Assembly (NCBI RefSeq): GCF_006345805.1
Contig: NC_042999.1
Span: 101,928,001-101,992,000 of the forward strand
DNA from: Octopus sinensis
Taxonomy: Eukaryota
Reading direction: 5' to 3'
DNA: 64,000 nucleotides
How positions within the stretch are numbered: position 1 is the first letter of the stretch; each line of letters opens with the position of its first letter. Of the stretch, positions 57,816-64,000 are shown piece after piece. A model generated the notes under the pieces. That model was given only the letters and a program-made list of their open reading frames with translations, was not told the DNA's origin and made no database searches. A program made the translations under genes and the position numbers.

Positions 57816-60800
57816 TGATGATATTGGCTTTTTCTAAAGGAAGGTGTTGTGCTTGTAGTTTTTCAAAGGCCCTTCATGACAGAGAAAATTCACCATTCTG
57901 CTTAAATTGTAGAAAGTTGTTAACTGCAGTAGACACATACAAGAAGGAAGCACCTGGCATTTTTGGAAGAAAGGACAGATTGTAGTTATTAATGCAAGTA
58001 TGATGGTGGGGTTGGATATGATGTGCGAATAAAAAAACACATAACAAAACTATATGTGCATGTGTGTGTGTGTTATAAAAAAAAGCAAATAATAAATAAT
58101 GGTTTCTAATTTTGGCACAAGGCCAGCAACTTCAAGGTATGGGGTAAATAAATGTAAATGGCTTTAGTATTTGACTAGTCTTTTCTTTTATCGACCTCCA
58201 AAGGATGAAAAGCAAAGTCAACCAAGGCAGAATTTGAACTTGGAAATGCTGCAAATCATTTTGCTCAATGTGCTAACAATTTTGCCAGCTGACTACTTTT
58301 CAAATAATAAACAGTAAAATTTAAATGGGTTTCTTTTATGCCTTTTTTTAGTGTGGCAGGGGTTTTAATTTCAGAAACAAAGAATTGTGAGATAGATTGA
58401 ATAATGGTAACTGCTTACCAAAAATACTATTAAAAAAAAAAGAAAGAAAGAAAAGAAAAATCCAGAGTTTTTACATTTGTTTTAATGCAATATTTTTAAT
58501 AAAAAGATGTGTATTATCAGTCAATTCAGTTATCTATGAAAGACAATTACAATAAATGAATTATTTGTATAAGTTATAGACAACACAAGCAAATTTTTTT
58601 AACCAATTTGTTTTGTAATGTTTCAGTAAAAATTAGAAACAGAAAACAGAACCTCCCCGCACCCACCCACTTCCTCCACAAAAAAAGAAATCTGTATTTG
58701 TATAGATTTTTAAAACTTCATATAATGTTTATTATGTTCTCTGTTCCTGTATTTCATGTCTGCAATTGAATTTTCTCTTTCTCCCCCCCACTTTTTTTTT
58801 TCATATTTTTTTGTTTGTTTGTTTTTTTTTCGGTATTTTGTTCTTGATGGTCTTTTCAACTGAAAATATCAGAGAAATTTCTGAAGTTAAAAAAAAAAAA
58901 AATTATTTTTTATTTTGTTTGATTTTGTATTATGGTTGTTTCATTAATACTGTTTACTTCGTATCTAAAATAAAGTTTGTATTTAAAAGTTCCAAAATTC
59001 TGAAATTCCTGTTGGCTTTGTTGTATTATGAAGAACTGAGATCATAGACACACAGATGTAATAAATGACTTTTTTCATTATTGCTACTGCTGCTGCTATT
59101 GGTAACGATACATTGATGTTGCCTGAAATGTATTATTTGATTAACCATTAATGTCCTGTCTGTTTCTCCCTCTTTCTCTCCATATATATATATATACACA
59201 CACACATTATATATACATGTGTGTGTGCACACATAAACACGTATAAATCAGTTAAATTTGTTCATTATTTAACATACACATTCCACAAAGTCATTATGTT
59301 AATGATTTCATTTAACAAGTCAACAAAGCAAGTTTTTGTAAGAGAGAGAGGGTGGGCTTTTAATCAACTGATTTGACACAAATATATTACTGGTATCTAT
59401 TGACTCCACAGAATATAGTTTAATGCCTAAATCAGTTAAAGAAAATGTAGTGCTTTCCCATGATATCCGCATTGCCTTGACCCCACCCAAAACAAGTAGA
59501 GAGAGGTAAAGAAAAAGAGGGGTACACTCCACTTAATAGGCTTCTACATAGTTTCCACCACCTCAATTTCACTCACAAGGCATGGGTCAACTGCTAATGG
59601 AGAAAACATTTGCTGAATGTGCCATGCAGGATGAAACCCAGAACCACAGGATTCTGAAATGAACTTTGTAACTACATGAACAAATGCATGAGTCTAGCCT
59701 TCTGGGATTTGAACTCATAATGTAGAGTTTGGAAATTTATATTGTTTGCTTTACTATTTTTTTGCCAATGTATTGCTTTCAATTTTAGTGATTACATAAT
59801 TAGTTTTAAACTTTGGCACAAGGCCAGCAATTTCAGGGAGGGGGTAAGTTGATTACATCAACCCCAGTACTCAACTGTGACTTTATCAATCCCCCAAAGG
59901 ACAAAAGGTAAAACCAACCTCCGTGGAATTTAAACTCAGCATGCTAACAATTCTGCCAGCTTGCCACCTTATTGATTACATTATTGATGTTAAATAACAA
60001 AAACTGTCAATGGAGCAAAGAATGAACTGCTATGGAGATGCAGTTTATCGGTTTACCTGATTGAATCTATTTTACTTCATTTATGCAACGAATATCTTTG
60101 AGTATTAGCAATGAATGCTACAATATCCTACTTTCAATCCCATAACAATAGCGAAACTTGTGTCTAAACATTAAAGGGGAAACAATACTAATGACATAAA
60201 ACAAAAAAAAAAAACTTTTTAAAATTGTCTTTGTAAATAGCTATTTTTATATTATCAATTAATACATTTGTGTGTATGTGTGTGTGAGTGTGCATGCATG
60301 TGTGTGCATGTGCACACATGTCTGTGTGTTTGAAGTTCAATAAAATTATGAAAAGTTTCTTTGGAAAATTGGGGAATTCAGAACCCCATAATGTGTATAT
60401 GGTACTTTTTTTTTACTTCTTGTTATTCTCTAAAATTTCATTAACAATAGCCACATTCGTTCCTTATTTTTTACATATGGTTCTGAAGTCATGCATATAC
60501 CACATGCCTTCACACCTAAATTGATGAAAGCATTATTTCTGCATATAACGATTGACACATTTTCTAGTGTTTTAGTGGAAACTAATCAAATCTTGACATT
60601 CATATTTCAATGCATTCACAAATATTTTTTCTGACATAATGTCATGTAGCTTTCCTATTTCAAATTTTTGGATAATTGTTAAGCTCAAGCTTTTAAAGTA
60701 TCACCTGGAAAATATCTGGCAGAACATCACCTGAAGAAATGGATGTAATGTAATAATACAAATTCGTATCATGTTGCCTTGTATTTGGAATAAACATGTT

Positions 60801-60849
60801 ATTCATGTGTAGTGATGTCCTGATATATACATTTGTTTTATTACAATAT

Positions 60850-60910
60850 TACTATATATATATATACACACACATTACTATGTATATATATACATAGTAA
60901 TGTGTGTGTG

Positions 60911-60966
<56 letters not shown>

Positions 60967-61165
60967 CACACACACACATTACTATGTATAAATGTATATA
61001 TATAACAATGCATATATATATATATATATATATATAAATCTATGCATACATATATATATATATATCAATGTATATGTATATAAATCTATATATATGTAAG
61101 TATACATACATAAATGTATATATATATATGTAAGAGTATACATACATAAATATATATATATATAT
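60850..61165. repeat. (TA)n/(CA)n compound microsatellite with inverted triplication
   Basis: Perfect 44-bp palindrome at 60866-60909; a third copy of the arm at ~60961-60990. Confidence 0.9.
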
Positions 61166-61885
61166 ACAAAGAAGCCTCAGTTATAAAAACATTAAGTCAA
61201 ACCCAAACACCTTCTTTCATTATGCAAAAGAAACAGCCTCAGTATGCTGCAAGATAGAACCCCTCTTCCAAAAGGATGGCTCCCTCACAGACAGTCCAAC
61301 TAGGATCAGTGAGGTACTGAATGACCAGTTCAAAAGTGTGTTTACCACCCTATTGGAACACAGACAAGTGAACAAATCAATGGACTTCTTTGCCGCCTCA
61401 CCTATAACCAGCAAGGCAGTTACAATGGAATACATCGATATTAGTGAAGAAGATATACAACTAGCCATAGATGAGGTGGACACAAACTCAACTGCTGGTC
61501 CTGATGGCTTCCCAGCAATCCTCCTCAAATTGTGTAAGCATGCCCTGGCAAAGCCCCTCCAGATTCTCTTCCAGAGCTTTCTTGCAAGTGGCAGACTGCC
61601 AAGCAAGCTGAAGGAGGGAATAATATGCCCAATCCATAAAGGGGGAAGCAGAGTAGATGCCAAAAACTATTTATTGGCCTATCTCTCTGACTTCACACAT
61701 CAGCAAAGTCATGGAACGGATAGTCAGAGGGAAACTAATCACATTCCTTGAAGAAAATAACTTGCTGAGTGATACCCAACATGGCTCCGACCAGGTAGCA
61801 GCTGCCTGACCCAGGTCTTACAACATTATGACTGGGTGTTGAGGCAGTTACTTAACAACTCAAATATGGACGTAATATAACTTGA
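61165..61885 (+). mobile_element. CR1-clade LINE ORF2 fragment (pre-RT/RT N-terminus)
   Basis: IKSNPNTFFHYAK..LNDQFKSVFT; STAGPDGFPAILLK..LAKPLQILFQ..ICPIHKGGSR..NY, a frameshift, then PISLTSHISKVMERIV..LLSDTQHG..SCLTQVL. Flanked by (TA)n on both sides. Confidence 0.9.
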
Positions 61886-62211
61886 TTTTATATATATATA
61901 TACTATATATATTATGTATATTATATATATATATATATATATATACCCCACCCTCAGCGTAACCCACACCCCACTCTTGCTTTCCCCACTCTCACCTCCC
62001 CCACCTCCCAACACCATCACACCACACTACTACACCATACACCACCATACCGTACAACATATCACAACATACCACTACACACGCATCAAGATTACCAGCC
62101 CTCTTACAGAAGCACATACAAACTCTCTTATACACATGCATGCAAACAGATATATATATATGTGTATATATATGTGTATGTATATATATATGTGTGTGTA
62201 TGTGTGTATAT

Positions 62212-62263
<52 letters not shown>

Positions 62264-62310
62264 TATAAAGAGATATATTCTCGTAATATATATATATATA
62301 ATCTATTTAA
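61886..62310. repeat. (TA)n/(TG)n microsatellites and a C/A-rich low-complexity tract
   Basis: Read directly from the sequence. Confidence 0.9.
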
Positions 62311-63002
62311 TGGAATTGTGCCATTGTAGATTCTGCAGATAGGAAATACAACAAAGAAAATTGCTAAAAAGTGGATATTGTTGTCACAGGGTTCTTTTAT
62401 AGAAAATTATGTAGCTGTTATAATTTTTTTCTATAGGCAACAGTAGATTCTTCAGTTAATGATTTCTACTATAAGGACCCAAAATTTTGAGATTAACACT
62501 TTATTATTCCCTTAATTTAAACCCACTTCTTCGCTGATGAGTAAGTATTTTATAAAGCATGACCAAATCGTGAAGGATTAAGTTAAAAATTCAACCTGTG
62601 TGAAATTCAGTTTACTATAAAGGGACGTAACTCTACCATCTTGCCAATTCACCACCCAGAATGAATAAATGACAAGTTATTATTTTTAAACTATTATTAA
62701 TACTACTTTCAATTATTAAATGAAATAGCGAACTCATTATTTGTATTATTATCAATTATAACTGATATGATTCACTCTCACTTCCATATGTCTTGTTTTT
62801 CAATTTTATAATTATTTATTTATCTCTTTTGCATTTCTTTAACCTTACAATTAACACTAGTAGACGGGATGGGGTAGAATAAATTAACAGGAATTTCATT
62901 TATTTCTTTTTGTATATGTTTGTATGTGTGCATGTGTGTCTGTGTGTGCTTGTGTGTGATGTGTGTGTATCAATGCCTACGAATGGGCATGTATGTGTGT
63001 GT

Positions 63003-63113
63003 GAACGCATGTATGAATGTATGTGTGTGTGAACGCATGTATGAATGTATGTGTGTGTGAACGCATGTATGAATGTATGTGTGTGTGAACGCATGTATGA
63101 ATGTATGTGTGTG
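63003..63113. repeat. 28-bp minisatellite x4
   Basis: Unit GAACGCATGTATGAATGTATGTGTGTGT starts at 63003, 63031, 63059 and 63087. Confidence 0.95.
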
Positions 63114-63599
63114 TATTTTAAAAGTTCTTTTAAATATTAAACAAATGAAAAATGTTTGTTTATAGAAATTAAAATCCCAAAATATTTACAGTAATGTATT
63201 TTAGTGAAGTTAGAATACACTGAAAAGAAAAGTTGTACTCAGAATAAAATTATTGGAAGCTATGTTGTATATGATCTTTTTTTTAAAAATTGTTTTCCAA
63301 AATGATAAAAAAAAAAAAACAGGACATACACATACTCGAAATACATACACATGCAACATGCAAATAATCAGACATACATATATACACAGACAGATACACA
63401 TACACACATACATCAACATGCAGAATATATACACATGAAAACATTGATGGATATTTATATATTTTTTTGTTCAAAAATGGATAGAGACACAAGTGTGTAT
63501 ATATATCTGCACAAGTGTGAAAATGCAAAAAAATGACTATATATATATGTGTTTGAAACTACCAATAGTTTTCATCAGACAAATCATCTAAAAATAAAG

Positions 63600-63728
63600 T
63601 ATCATATGCATAAACCCAACTTTATATATATGCATGTATATACATACATATATATATTATATATATAAACACACATTAATATATATATATATGTATGTAT
63701 AAATGTATATGTGTATGTGTAGAGTGTA

Positions 63729-63759
<31 letters not shown>

Positions 63760-63820
63760 GTATATGTGTAAAGTGTAAATATATATAAGTAAATGTATAT
63801 ATATATACATATGTGAGCAC

Positions 63821-63901
<81 letters not shown>

Positions 63902-64000
63902 TATATATATATATATACGTATATGAGTAGAATGTAAATATATATACATATTTATATGTATGTATGTATATATATGTGTGTGTCTGTGTGTGTGTATATG
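63600..64000. repeat. (TA)n-rich compound microsatellite
   Basis: Read directly from the sequence. Confidence 0.95.

Noticed and set aside
62437-62540. Plus-strand exon-like segment (TTTTCTATAG|...GA|GTAAGT)
   Set aside because: Stops in all frames and no partner exons; it shows that splice-like pairs occur by chance here.
63003-63113. CRISPR-like array
   Set aside because: Contiguous 28-bp units without spacers in eukaryotic DNA; a minisatellite.
61914-63820. Several ORFs of 60-142 aa rich in Y/I/H/T/C
   Set aside because: Translations of (TA)n, (CA)n and (TG)n microsatellites.

Overview
AT-rich, repeat-dense eukaryotic DNA. The repeat families (tRNA-headed SINEs, Nin-domain-like SINEs, RTE and CR1-type LINEs, long (TA)n/(CA)n tracts) suggest an octopus/cephalopod genome; this is inferred, not database-confirmed. 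I can support one host protein-coding gene, a 4-exon death-associated protein 1 (DAP/DAP1) orthologue on the + strand. Its CDS is 7705-7759, 40301-40403, 41797-41851 and 42666-42776 (107 aa, all GT-AG introns, intron 1 = 32.5 kb). The ORF track shows only fragments of it. Almost all other listed ORFs are transposon remnants (hAT, Chapaev-like, mariner, piggyBac, RTE, CR1/L2, L1/Tx1 ORF1) or low-complexity artefacts. I found no rRNA, bona fide tRNA gene or CRISPR array, and no clearly new multi-gene system. The best leads are: (i) DAP features (conserved C-terminal IQQPRK motif, a second strong in-frame ATG that would drop Ser3, an ACGT/UPRE-rich TATA promoter); (ii) a decayed piggyBac of about 2.5 kb whose ends match the local TTAA-MITE family and may be its parent; (iii) a young GGC-ended MITE with an 8-bp TSD nested inside an older foldback; (iv) a probable solo LTR with a nested young SINE; (v) strong intronic hairpins in the DAP pre-mRNA. 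Repeat boundaries are approximate (tens of bp) unless a TSD or terminus is quoted.
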